DNA of 26,000 nt from a virus: UHGV virus genome UHGV-0185509. One strand, written 5' to 3'. A model generated the notes under the pieces. That model ran no database searches. It was not told the origin of the DNA and saw only the letters and a program-made list of their open reading frames with translations. The position numbers and the translations under genes are program-made. Shown here piece by piece: positions 1 through 8,010 of this stretch (the first letter of the stretch is position 1; each line of letters starts with the position of its first letter).

Positions 1-300
<300 letters not shown>

Positions 301-308
<8 letters not shown>

Positions 309-477
309 TCCATCCCAATCCCTTCAATACCAGAAAGAAAGCGTCGAGCGAGCTTTAACGTGCGCTAACTGCGGTCAGAAGCTGCATGTGCTGGAAGTTC
401 ACGTATGCTCCGATTGCTGCGCAGAGCTGATGAGCGATCCGAATAGCTCAATGTACGAGGAAGAAGACGATGAATGA
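301..477 (+). CDS. ninF: NinF-like zinc-binding protein
   Basis: Internal ATG at 301 yields a 58-aa protein (MLSPSQSLQYQKESVERALTCANCGQKLHVLEVHVC..CCAELMSDPNSSM.EEEDD) matching my recollection of lambda NinF, including the CxxC...C..CC motif. Confidence 0.75.
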
Positions 478-1192
478 GTTAATAAATGGCAATGCCATCA
501 AAATGACAAGCATTGAAATCGCTGAGTTGGTGGGTAAGCGTCATGACAATGTGAAACGTACCATCGAAACGCTGGCTAAAAATGGTGTTATCCGGCTTCC
601 TCAAATTGAGGTTTCCGAAAGAATCAATAACTTAGGGTTCAGTGTTCAGTACGAGCATTACGTCTTCGAGGGCGAACAAGGTAAGCGAGACAGTATTGTC
701 GTTGTTGCCCAGTTGTCGCCAGAGTTCACCGCTCGTCTTGTTGACCGTTGGCGAGAGCTTGAAGAAACTGCGGTTAATATCCCAAAAACGTTACCGGAAG
801 CGTTGCGCCTTGCTGCTGATCTTGCTGAGCAGAAAATGCAACTGGAAAACCAGCTCGCAATTGCCGCACCTAAAGTTGAGTTTGCCGATCGCGTTGGCGA
901 GGCCAGCGGAATTTTGATTGGAAACTTTGCAAAGGTTGTTGGTATTGGTCCAAACAAACTGTTTGCGTGGATGCGCGATCACAAAATCCTTATTGCTTCA
1001 GGTTCCCGGCGCAATGTGCCAATGCAGGAATATATGGATCGCGGCTATTTCACAGTGAAAGAAACAGCGGTCAACACAAATCACGGAATACAGATATCGT
1101 TCACCACAAAAATCACCGGGCGTGGTCAACAGTGGCTGACCAGAAAGCTGCTCGATAACGGAATGCTGAAAGTAACCGGGGAGGCTGCTTAA
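470..1192 (+). CDS. phage antirepressor-like protein, Rha N-terminal domain fused to ANT/KilAC C-terminal domain
   Basis: 240 aa; N-terminus (MTSIEIAELVGKRHDNVKRTIETL) resembles the phage regulatory protein Rha family, C-terminal half resembles the AntA/AntB (KilAC) antirepressor domain; ATG at 470 overlaps the NinF stop. Confidence 0.7.
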   Translation: MNELINGNAIKMTSIEIAELVGKRHDNVKRTIETLAKNGVIRLPQIEVSERINNLGFSVQYEHYVFEGEQGKRDSIVVVAQLSPEFTARLVDRWRELEETAVNIPKTLPEALRLAADLAEQKMQLENQLAIAAPKVEFADRVGEASGILIGNFAKVVGIGPNKLFAWMRDHKILIASGSRRNVPMQEYMDRGYFTVKETAVNTNHGIQISFTTKITGRGQQWLTRKLLDNGMLKVTGEAA

Positions 1193-1482
1193 TGGCTAAC
1201 CTACGCAAAGAAGCACGCGGCAGAGAATGCCAGGTACGTATTTACGGCGTATGCAATGGCAACCCTGAAACTACAGTTCTGGCACATTACCGGATGGCTG
1301 GAATTTGCGGAACGGGAATGAAACCTGACGACCTGATCGGCGCATGGGCTTGTAGCGCGTGTCACGATGAAATCGACCGACGCACCCATAACCTCGACAA
1401 CAAAGACGCCAGACTTTACCACCTGGAAGGCGTGATCAGGACGCAGGCGATACTGCTGAAGGAGGGGAAGATTAAGCCATGA
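1192..1482 (+). CDS. YbcO-like DUF1364 protein (putative nuclease of the nin region)
   Basis: 96 aa with conserved Cys/His (CQVRIYGVC...CSACHDEID); sits directly upstream of rusA as ybcO does in the DLP12 prophage; ATG overlaps the upstream stop (TAATG). Confidence 0.65.
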   Translation: MANLRKEARGRECQVRIYGVCNGNPETTVLAHYRMAGICGTGMKPDDLIGAWACSACHDEIDRRTHNLDNKDARLYHLEGVIRTQAILLKEGKIKP

Positions 1483-1841
1483 ACGAATATCAGTTTGTGC
1501 TTCCATACCCGCCGTCGGTGAACACCTACTGGCGAAGACGGGGAAGCCAATACTACATCAGCGATAAAGGCCAGAAATACCGAAAAGACGTTCAGCAAAT
1601 CATCCGCCAACTCAAGTTAGACATTTTCACCAAATCACGACTCCGCATCAAAGTCATCGCAGACGTTCCAGACTCCCGCCGCCGCGACCTCGATAACATC
1701 CTGAAAGGTTTACTCGATTCCCTTATCCACGCCGGATTTGCGGAAGACGACGAGCAATTCGATGACATTCGCGTAATTCGTGGTGTGAAAGTACCAGGCG
1801 GAAGGCTTGGAATAAAAATCACCGAACTGGAGAACGTATGA
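1479..1841 (+). CDS. rusA: RusA Holliday-junction resolvase
   Basis: 120 aa, typical RusA size; start motif (FVLPYPPSVNTYW) and acidic catalytic region (DLDNILKGLLDSL) as in lambdoid RusA; start overlaps upstream stop. Confidence 0.85.
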   Translation: MNEYQFVLPYPPSVNTYWRRRGSQYYISDKGQKYRKDVQQIIRQLKLDIFTKSRLRIKVIADVPDSRRRDLDNILKGLLDSLIHAGFAEDDEQFDDIRVIRGVKVPGGRLGIKITELENV

Positions 1842-2026
1842 ACGCCACAATTCAAACGATACCAGAGCTTCTTATCCAGACACGAGGCAATCAGACCGAA
1901 GTGGCGAGGATGCTTTCCTGCGCAAGAGGAACAGTGCTCAAGTACAACAGAGACAGCAAAGGCGAGCGTCACGTAATAGTTAACGGCGTCCTGATGGTCA
2001 AACAGGGCAAGAGAGGAAGACGATGA
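1838..2026 (+). CDS. ninH: NinH-like protein
   Basis: 62 aa; TIPELLIQTRGNQTEVARMLSCARGTVLKY...VNGVLMV closely parallels lambda NinH as I recall it; start overlaps rusA stop. Confidence 0.8.
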   Translation: MNATIQTIPELLIQTRGNQTEVARMLSCARGTVLKYNRDSKGERHVIVNGVLMVKQGKRGRR

Positions 2027-2541
2027 GCATAAGAGAACTAAACCTCACCAAAGAACAGCATGAGTGGCTGAATTGCTGGCTTGAACTGTGGGGCGCATGG
2101 GTTTATTCAGGTCGTCTGGAAAAGCGCATGAGCAGCGTAATAGCGAAGTTCATGGAGAGCGTAGAGCCGGGAAGAGTTATGACAAGGCCAATGTGCAATG
2201 ATGATGATGGAATGTTGATTTCTCAGGTCGTCGATTCCGTCATGTGCATTGACAAGAAAGCCTTTGGCATCCTCCTCAGCTACTACGCTCATGGTTCATC
2301 TAAGCGAGCAATTGCATCCTACTATCACGCGACTGCAAAGCCACGCAAGATGTGTGGACGTGGTGGCGAGGGATGGAGAAAACCTTCACTGGCAACCTGT
2401 AGAAACGAAATTGACGACATCCTGAAAGCGTCGTTATTTGTTTTGTACCAGCCAATGCAAAATGCTTTCAAAATGCGTAAACGTGTTGAGAAAGTTAAGC
2501 ATGTTGCTGTTAAAAGCCTTGACATGCAATTATCCATTTAG
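2023..2541 (+). CDS. Q: late-gene antiterminator Q (QuuD / phage 82 Q-type family)
   Basis: 172 aa; LELWGAWVYSG...PMCNDDDGMLISQVVDSVMCIDKKAFGILLSYYAHG resembles the DLP12 QuuD-type Q proteins; sits directly upstream of a promoter-terminator pair and the lysis genes. Confidence 0.7.
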   Translation: MSIRELNLTKEQHEWLNCWLELWGAWVYSGRLEKRMSSVIAKFMESVEPGRVMTRPMCNDDDGMLISQVVDSVMCIDKKAFGILLSYYAHGSSKRAIASYYHATAKPRKMCGRGGEGWRKPSLATCRNEIDDILKASLFVLYQPMQNAFKMRKRVEKVKHVAVKSLDMQLSI

Positions 2542-2548
2542 CCATAAT
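2519..2548 (+). promoter_or_regulatory. candidate late promoter PR' (sigma70 -35 TTGACA, 18-bp spacer, -10 CATAAT) overlapping the Q stop codon
   Basis: TTGACA at 2519-2524 and CATAAT at 2543-2548 read directly; position immediately after Q and before a terminator matches the lambdoid PR'/qut arrangement. Confidence 0.45.
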
Positions 2549-2561
2549 TAGAAGGTAAACT

Positions 2562-2600
2562 GCCGTTAGTGACTCTTAAGTTGCAACGGTGGCTTTTTTT
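2562..2600 (+). terminator. intrinsic terminator (tR'-like) downstream of Q
   Basis: GC-containing imperfect hairpin (ctgCCGTT...AACGGtGGC) followed by a run of 7 T at 2594-2600. Confidence 0.6.
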
Positions 2601-2604
2601 ATTT

Positions 2605-2679
2605 GGGTCAGTCGTATAAAGGTCATTACGGAAGGCTGTTAACCTTCTTATCGTGGTTCGAGTCCACGCTGTCCCGCCA
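2605..2679 (+). tRNA. tRNA-Asn (anticodon GUU), phage-encoded
   Basis: Hand-folded cloverleaf: perfect anticodon stem GAAGG/CCTTC with loop CTGTTAA (anticodon GTT), perfect T-arm CGTGG-TTCGAGT-CCACG, 3' CCA; acceptor stem has one T-T mismatch and the D-arm is short, so it is atypical. Confidence 0.55.
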
Positions 2680-2684
2680 AACAT

Positions 2685-2760
2685 GCTGGTTTAGCTCCAA
2701 TGGTAGAGCGGTCGCCTTGTAAGCGAATGGGTAGCGGTTCAAGTCCGTTAACCAGCACCA
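2685..2760 (+). tRNA. tRNA-Thr (anticodon UGU), phage-encoded
   Basis: Perfect 7-bp acceptor stem GCTGGTT/AACCAGC, D-arm GCTC-CAATGGTA-GAGC, anticodon loop CTTGTAA (anticodon TGT), T-arm AGCGG-TTCAAGT-CCGTT (one G-U pair), discriminator A and 3' CCA. Confidence 0.65.
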
Positions 2761-3002
2761 TAACTGAGCCGTAGCCACTGGCTATCCTGGATTCATCAGT
2801 GATAGTTACGCTGCGGCCTTCTACATATGACCTTCGTGAAAGCGGGTGGCATGAGGTTGCGCTAACAACCTCCTGCCGTTTTGCCCGTGCATATCGGTCA
2901 CGAACAAATCTGATTACTAAACACAGTAGCCTGGATTTGTTCTATCAGTAATCGACCTTATTCCTAATTAAATAGAGCAAATCCCCTTATTGGGGGTAAG
3001 AC

Positions 3003-3326
3003 GTGAAGATGCCAGAAAAACATGACCTGTTAGCCGCCATTCTCGCGGCAAAGGAACAAGGCATCGGGGCAATCCTTGCGTTTGCAATGGCGTACCTTCG
3101 CGGCAGATATAATGGCGGTGCGTTTACAAAAACAGTAATCGACGCAACGATGTGCGCCATTATCGCCTGGTTCATTCGTGACCTTCTCGACCTCGCCGGA
3201 CTAAGTAGCAATCTCGCTTATATAACGAGCGTGTTCATCGGCTACATCGGTACTGACTCGATTGGTTCGCTTATCAAACGCTTCGCTGCTAAAAAAGCCG
3301 GAGTAGAAGATGGTGGAAATCAATAA
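3003..3326 (+). CDS. S: class I holin S (lambda-type), dual-start: GTG-AAG-ATG gives antiholin S107 and holin S105
   Basis: 107 aa, near-identical to lambda S as I recall it ([39 protein letters not shown]...); codons 1 and 3 are both starts (GTG at 3003, ATG at 3009). Confidence 0.95.
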   Translation: MKMPEKHDLLAAILAAKEQGIGAILAFAMAYLRGRYNGGAFTKTVIDATMCAIIAWFIRDLLDLAGLSSNLAYITSVFIGYIGTDSIGSLIKRFAAKKAGVEDGGNQ

Positions 3327-3786
3327 TCAACGTAAGGCGTTCCTCGATATGCTGGCGTGGTCAGAGGGAACTGATAATGGACGACAGAAAACCAGAAATC
3401 ATGGTTATGACGTCATTGTAGGAGGAGAGCTATTCACTGATTACTCCGATCACCCTCGCAAACTTGTCACGCTAAACCCAAAACTCAAATCAACAGCAGC
3501 CGGGCGCTATCAGCTTCTTTCCCGTTGGTGGGATGCCTACCGCAAGCAGCTTGGCCTGAAAGACTTCTCTCCCAAAAGCCAGGACGCTGTGGCATTGCAG
3601 CAGATTAAGGAGCGTGGCGCTTTACCGATGATTGATCGCGGTGATATTCGTCAGGCTATCGACCGTTGCAGCAATATCTGGGCTTCACTGCCGGGCGCTG
3701 GTTATGGTCAGTTCGAGCATAAGGTTGACAGCCTGATTGCAAAATTCAAAGAAGCTGGCGGAACAGTCAGAGAGATTGAGGTATGA
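3310..3786 (+). CDS. R: endolysin R (lambda-type lytic transglycosylase)
   Basis: 158 aa, near-identical to lambda R as I recall it ([39 protein letters not shown]...). Confidence 0.95.
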   Translation: MVEINNQRKAFLDMLAWSEGTDNGRQKTRNHGYDVIVGGELFTDYSDHPRKLVTLNPKLKSTAAGRYQLLSRWWDAYRKQLGLKDFSPKSQDAVALQQIKERGALPMIDRGDIRQAIDRCSNIWASLPGAGYGQFEHKVDSLIAKFKEAGGTVREIEV

Positions 3787-4220
3787 GCAGAGTAACCGCG
3801 ATTATCTCCGCTCTGGTTATCTGCATCATCGTCTGTCTGTCATGGGCTGTTAATCACTACCGTGATAACGCCATCGCCTACAAAGAACAGCGTGATAAGG
3901 CCGCATCCATAATCGCTGATATGCAGAAGCGTCAACGTGATGTAGCAGAACTTGACGCCAGATACACAAAGGAGCTTGCTGATGCTAACGCGACTATCGA
4001 AAGTCTCCGTGCTGATGTTTCTGCTGGGCGTAAGCGCCTGCAAGTCGCCGCCACCTGTGCAAAGTCAACGACCGGAGCCAGCGGCATGGGCGATGGAGAA
4101 AGCCCAAGACTTACAGCAGATGCTGAACTCAATTATTACCGTCTCCGAAGTGGAATCGACAAGATAACCGCGCAGGTTAACTACTTGCAGGAATACATCA
4201 GGACGCAATGCCTTCGATGA
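3783..4220 (+). CDS. Rz: spanin inner-membrane subunit Rz
   Basis: 145 aa; N-terminal TM segment identical to lambda Rz ([31 protein letters not shown]), coiled-coil C-terminal part diverged; start overlaps R stop. Confidence 0.9.
   Translation: MSRVTAIISALVICIIVCLSWAVNHYRDNAIAYKEQRDKAASIIADMQKRQRDVAELDARYTKELADANATIESLRADVSAGRKRLQVAATCAKSTTGASGMGDGESPRLTADAELNYYRLRSGIDKITAQVNYLQEYIRTQCLR
3982..4167 (+). CDS. Rz1: spanin outer-membrane lipoprotein Rz1, embedded in the +1 frame of Rz
   Basis: 61-aa ORF wholly inside Rz; signal peptide with lipobox ([20 protein letters not shown]) followed by a proline-rich stretch ([13 protein letters not shown]), as in lambda Rz1; start chosen by analogy. 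Confidence 0.7.
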   Translation: MLTRLSKVSVLMFLLGVSACKSPPPVQSQRPEPAAWAMEKAQDLQQMLNSIITVSEVESTR

Positions 4221-4394
4221 TAGCGATAATTTTACTCATCATCCTTCACATCTGGCTCTGTAGACAGGGTGGTGATCACTTCTGGAGTGAATCCAGATTA
4301 AACATCTCATTGCTGATGCTTGAAGTTGAGCATCTGGCGCGCAGTAAGGGGCTGCGTTGAGATAAGAGCCAGTCATTACAAATACCAGGATTTA

Positions 4395-4420
4395 GCCTCG
4401 CATTTGCGGGGCTTTTTTAT
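4395..4420 (+). terminator. intrinsic terminator downstream of the lysis cassette
   Basis: Hairpin GCCTCGC-attt-GCGGGGC followed by TTTTTT at 4413-4418. Confidence 0.6.
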
Positions 4421-4565
4421 ATCTGCAACAAACGCGCTTCACACGCGCGACTTCTGAACACAGAACCTTTCAGGATGACCCTTGAGGATGCCGGTTTGGT
4501 GATCGGTGCCTTTCTGTGGGCCGGAATCCTGTGTGACAAGGTTCATCACTAAAAGGTAATCACTG

Positions 4566-5096
4566 ATGAAGTACCCAACAGTTATTGTCAATGGTGTGTC
4601 CGTTCGTGTTGATGAGGATGGACGCTACAACTTAAACGATCTCCATGCAGCAGCAGTTGCAAATGGAGAGGCTACAGAGCAACAGCGCCCAAGCCAGTTT
4701 TTGCGTAGCGCGCAGATAAAACGCTTCATAAAAGCACTGGAGGCCAAAGTGCAAAAAAGCACTTTGGAACAAATTCAACCACTTAAAATAATCAAAGGTG
4801 GTGCAGAACCAGGTGTGTGGGGTGTTGAACTTCTGGCAATCAGATATGCAGCATGGATTAAGCCGGAATTTGAAATCGAAGTTTATGAAGTTTTCAAAAC
4901 GGTCGTCCGTCTCGGCGTTGGCGCAATGTCCCGTCTGAATAGAATCGATCACATCATCAATACTGAAACCAAAGCGATAAGCCAGTGCGCAAGCCAAATG
5001 GCTAAGTGGGGCGTTGGTGGGCGAAAAAGATTGCTTCATGTTGCACGTGAGAGAGCGGCAAATGAAGTGCAAATGTATTTGCCCGGAATGGTGTGA
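4566..5096 (+). CDS. KilA-N domain protein (accessory gene between lysis and packaging modules)
   Basis: 176 aa; N-terminal region (VIVNGVSVRVDEDGRYNLNDLHAAA) fits the KilA-N DNA-binding domain pattern; flanked by non-coding DNA on both sides. Confidence 0.6.
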   Translation: MKYPTVIVNGVSVRVDEDGRYNLNDLHAAAVANGEATEQQRPSQFLRSAQIKRFIKALEAKVQKSTLEQIQPLKIIKGGAEPGVWGVELLAIRYAAWIKPEFEIEVYEVFKTVVRLGVGAMSRLNRIDHIINTETKAISQCASQMAKWGVGGRKRLLHVARERAANEVQMYLPGMV

Positions 5097-5282
5097 TTCT
5101 GCTGGTTAATCCAGTTTTGCATTACGGCAGTACCACGAAACAACCCAAGCCAGTAAGTGGGGAAATAACACTGGCAGCCACTGAAAGATGAACCTCCTGC
5201 CTTATGGCAAAAAAGATTCTTTGTGGTGGTGGACTGATGGAAAGACATCCTAATCAAGCAACCACTCCACAGGGTCATAATT

Positions 5283-5663
5283 ATGAACGACCAGCAAATC
5301 GAAAAAGAAATCGTTGAGAAAGGCAAAACGGCACCGCGAATCACCCCGCAGCACATCGAAGACGTGATTAAAAGCGAGCATTACTTTACTGCTTATGATG
5401 GACGAAATGGTGCCATTTCCAGCAACGAATATTGTGGCAGGGAAAAACCAGAAGAAGGCGATCGTGATTTATCACCATTGAAGTTGCTCACTTTCTGCGT
5501 ACTGGTGCTGAAGAATGGCTTCACCGTTACCGGAGAGAGTGCCTGTGCAAGACCGGAAAACTTTGATGCAGAAATTGGTCGGAAGATTGCCCGGCAGAAT
5601 GCTGTAAACAAAATCTGGATGCTCGAAGGTTACTTGCTGAAGCAGAAGCTAAGCGAACAGTAG
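5283..5663 (+). CDS. conserved phage protein of unknown function
   Basis: 126-aa ORF with good coding appearance; sequence looks familiar from lambdoid prophages upstream of terminase but I cannot name the family. Confidence 0.5.
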   Translation: MNDQQIEKEIVEKGKTAPRITPQHIEDVIKSEHYFTAYDGRNGAISSNEYCGREKPEEGDRDLSPLKLLTFCVLVLKNGFTVTGESACARPENFDAEIGRKIARQNAVNKIWMLEGYLLKQKLSEQ

Positions 5664-5766
5664 TTATTACAAAAGCCATTCCCTACAGAGTGGCTTTGAT
5701 AATGGCTTATACCCTACACGGGATAACTTAACTGATATCCCTTTTAACGGATAAACGGAGCCAACA

Positions 5767-6009
5767 ATGGCAGAGATTATTCCCATGACTGAAGAACAGA
5801 AATTCCAGCTAGAGATTTACAAACTGGTCATGAACCAGAACGCAGCCGCAGAGGAAGCATTTCAGTTCATTGGCACTGACGAACTGAAGCTTGAGCTATT
5901 CAAAATTCACTTCCAGTCAGGCGGCGCTAATTCAGATATCACGACCCGTACTATCGAAGCGGTGCGTAAATCGAAGGAAGCGTTAGACCTTTTCACTACC
6001 GGAGCATGA
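5767..6009 (+). CDS. small acidic helical protein of unknown function upstream of terminase
   Basis: 80-aa ORF directly upstream of the terminase small subunit, a position occupied by a small ORF in P22 as far as I recall. Confidence 0.45.
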   Translation: MAEIIPMTEEQKFQLEIYKLVMNQNAAAEEAFQFIGTDELKLELFKIHFQSGGANSDITTRTIEAVRKSKEALDLFTTGA

Positions 6010-6038
6010 TGCTCAACCTGAAATAACAACTAAGTGAG

Positions 6039-6533
6039 ATGAATATGGCAGCACCAAAGGGCAACCGATTTTGGGAGGCCCGCAGTAGTCATGGGCGAAA
6101 TCCTAAATTCGAATCGCCTGAGGCGCTGTGGGCTGCTTGTTGTGAATACTTCGAGTGGGTAGAAGCTAACCCGCTATGGGAGATGAAGGCGTTCTCGTAT
6201 CAGGGTGAAGTGATACAAGAGCCTATCGCCAAGATGCGAGCGATGACCATTACCGGCCTCACTCTGTTCATTGATGTGACGCTTGAAACATGGCGCACAT
6301 ATCGCCTGCGAGAAGATTTATCTGAAGTCGTTACGCGAGCAGAACAGGTCATCTACGACCAGAAATTCTCTGGCGCAGCCGCTGACCTTCTCAACGCTAA
6401 CATCATCGCCCGTGATTTGGGCCTCAAAGAGCAGTCGCAAGTTGAAGACGTGACACCTGATAAGGGAGATCGCGATAAGCGGCGCTCTCGTATCAAGGAG
6501 CTATTCAACCGTGGAACTGGACGCGATTCTTGA
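6039..6533 (+). CDS. gp3: terminase small subunit (P22 gp3-type)
   Basis: 164 aa (P22 gp3 is about 162 aa); sits immediately upstream of and overlapping the large terminase. Confidence 0.75.
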   Translation: MNMAAPKGNRFWEARSSHGRNPKFESPEALWAACCEYFEWVEANPLWEMKAFSYQGEVIQEPIAKMRAMTITGLTLFIDVTLETWRTYRLREDLSEVVTRAEQVIYDQKFSGAAADLLNANIIARDLGLKEQSQVEDVTPDKGDRDKRRSRIKELFNRGTGRDS

Positions 6534-8010
6534 TAACTTGAGCGACGAAGAGCAAATAGAATTGCTCGAGCTACTCGAAGAAGAAGAGAACTACCGGAAC
6601 ACACACCTGCTATATGAATTTACGCCATACAGCAAACAGCGTGAGTTCATCGACGCCGGGCATGACTATCCAGAGCGATGTTTTATGGCTGGTAACCAGC
6701 TTGGTAAGTCATTTACTGGTGCTGCTGAAGTCGCGTTTCACCTTACCGGGCGTTATCCGGGCACAAAAGGCTATCCTGCTGATGGTAAATATGGCGGGGA
6801 GTGGAAAGGTAAGCGTTTCTATGAGCCTGTTGTCTTCTGGATTGGTGGCGAGACAAACGAGACTGTAACCAAAACGACTCAACGCATCCTGTGCGGTCGT
6901 ATCGAAGAGAATGATGAGCCTGGTTACGGTTCCATACCGAAAGAGGACATCATTAGCTGGAAGAAGTCTCCTTTCTTTCCGAACCTTGTTGATCATCTTC
7001 TGGTTAAGCATCACACGGCTGATGGCGTTGAAGATGGCATTTCAATCTGCTACTTCAAACCATACTCGCAAGGCCGTGCTCGCTGGCAGGGTGACACAAT
7101 CCACGGCGTGTGGTTTGACGAAGAACCACCATATAGCATTTATGGCGAAGGTCTTACCCGTACCAACAAATACGGGCAATTCTCAATTCTGACGTTTACC
7201 CCGCTGATGGGGATGTCTGACGTTGTTACCAAGTTCCTGAAGAATCCCAGCAAGTCGCAGAAAGTGGTCAACATGACCATCTATGACGCTGAGCACTACA
7301 CCGACGAGCAGAAAGAGCAAATCATTGCATCCTATCCCGAGCATGAGAGAGAGGCGCGTGCTCGCGGTATTCCTACGATGGGTAGCGGACGAATCTTCCA
7401 GATACCGGAAGAGACGATTAAGTGTCATCCGTTCGAGTGTCCTGATCACTTCTACGTAATTGGCGGGATGGATTTCGGATGGGATCACCCACAGGCGCAG
7501 GTTCAGCTTTGGTGGGATAAGGATGCAGACACAATCTACGTTTCACGCGTGTGGAAGGCGAAAGAAAAAACAGCCGTTCAGGCGTGGGGAGCTGTTAAAT
7601 CATGGGCGCATAAAGTGCCAACAGCATGGCCTCATGACGGAAACCAGCACGAGAAGGGCGGCGGTGAGCAGCTCAAAGGGCAGTATGCCGACGCTGGTTT
7701 TATGATGTTGCAGGAGCATGCGACATGGCCTGATGGCGGTAACGCTGTGGAGCCTGGCATCACTGAATTGCGCGACATGATGCTCGATGGTCGCTTCAAA
7801 GTATTCAACACCTGTGAGCCATTCTTTGAGGAGTTCCGCCTCTATCACCGTGATGAAAACGGGAAGATCGTCAAGCTTAACGACGACGTGCTATCAGCCG
7901 TTCGCTATGCATACATGATGCGCCGCTTCGCCAAAATGATGCGCGACATCAAAAAACCAAAAGAGAAAAAGATACCAGCCCCAATCAGGCCCATCGCACG
8001 GAGAACTTAA
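6511..8010 (+). CDS. gp2: terminase large subunit (P22 gp2-type)
   Basis: 499 aa, the length of P22 gp2; GTG start at 6511 overlaps the small-subunit 3' end; nuclease-like C-terminal region. Confidence 0.9.
   Translation: MELDAILDNLSDEEQIELLELLEEEENYRNTHLLYEFTPYSKQREFIDAGHDYPERCFMAGNQLGKSFTGAAEVAFHLTGRYPGTKGYPADGKYGGEWKGKRFYEPVVFWIGGETNETVTKTTQRILCGRIEENDEPGYGSIPKEDIISWKKSPFFPNLVDHLLVKHHTADGVEDGISICYFKPYSQGRARWQGDTIHGVWFDEEPPYSIYGEGLTRTNKYGQFSILTFTPLMGMSDVVTKFLKNPSKSQKVVNMTIYDAEHYTDEQKEQIIASYPEHEREARARGIPTMGSGRIFQIPEETIKCHPFECPDHFYVIGGMDFGWDHPQAQVQLWWDKDADTIYVSRVWKAKEKTAVQAWGAVKSWAHKVPTAWPHDGNQHEKGGGEQLKGQYADAGFMMLQEHATWPDGGNAVEPGITELRDMMLDGRFKVFNTCEPFFEEFRLYHRDENGKIVKLNDDVLSAVRYAYMMRRFAKMMRDIKKPKEKKIPAPIRPIARRT

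Noticed and set aside
658-957. Minus-strand ORFs (658..957 and 791..982) antisense to the Rha-ANT gene
   Set aside because: Entirely embedded antisense to a well-supported gene; Ser/Arg/Ala-rich translations typical of spurious antisense frames.
2761-2900. Possible third tRNA after tRNA-Thr
   Set aside because: I could not fold a cloverleaf with a credible T-arm or acceptor stem; only short hairpins (for example GGTTG...CAACC) are present.
4411-4425. GCTTTTTTATAtCT resembling the lambda attP core
   Set aside because: It is the T-tract of the terminator after Rz in the middle of the late operon, not at the element boundary; the resemblance is most likely coincidental.
4632-5356. Minus-strand ORFs 4632..5072 and 5036..5356 in the accessory region
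   Set aside because: Cys/Phe-rich, low-complexity translations antisense to the better-supported KilA-N ORF; no start context.
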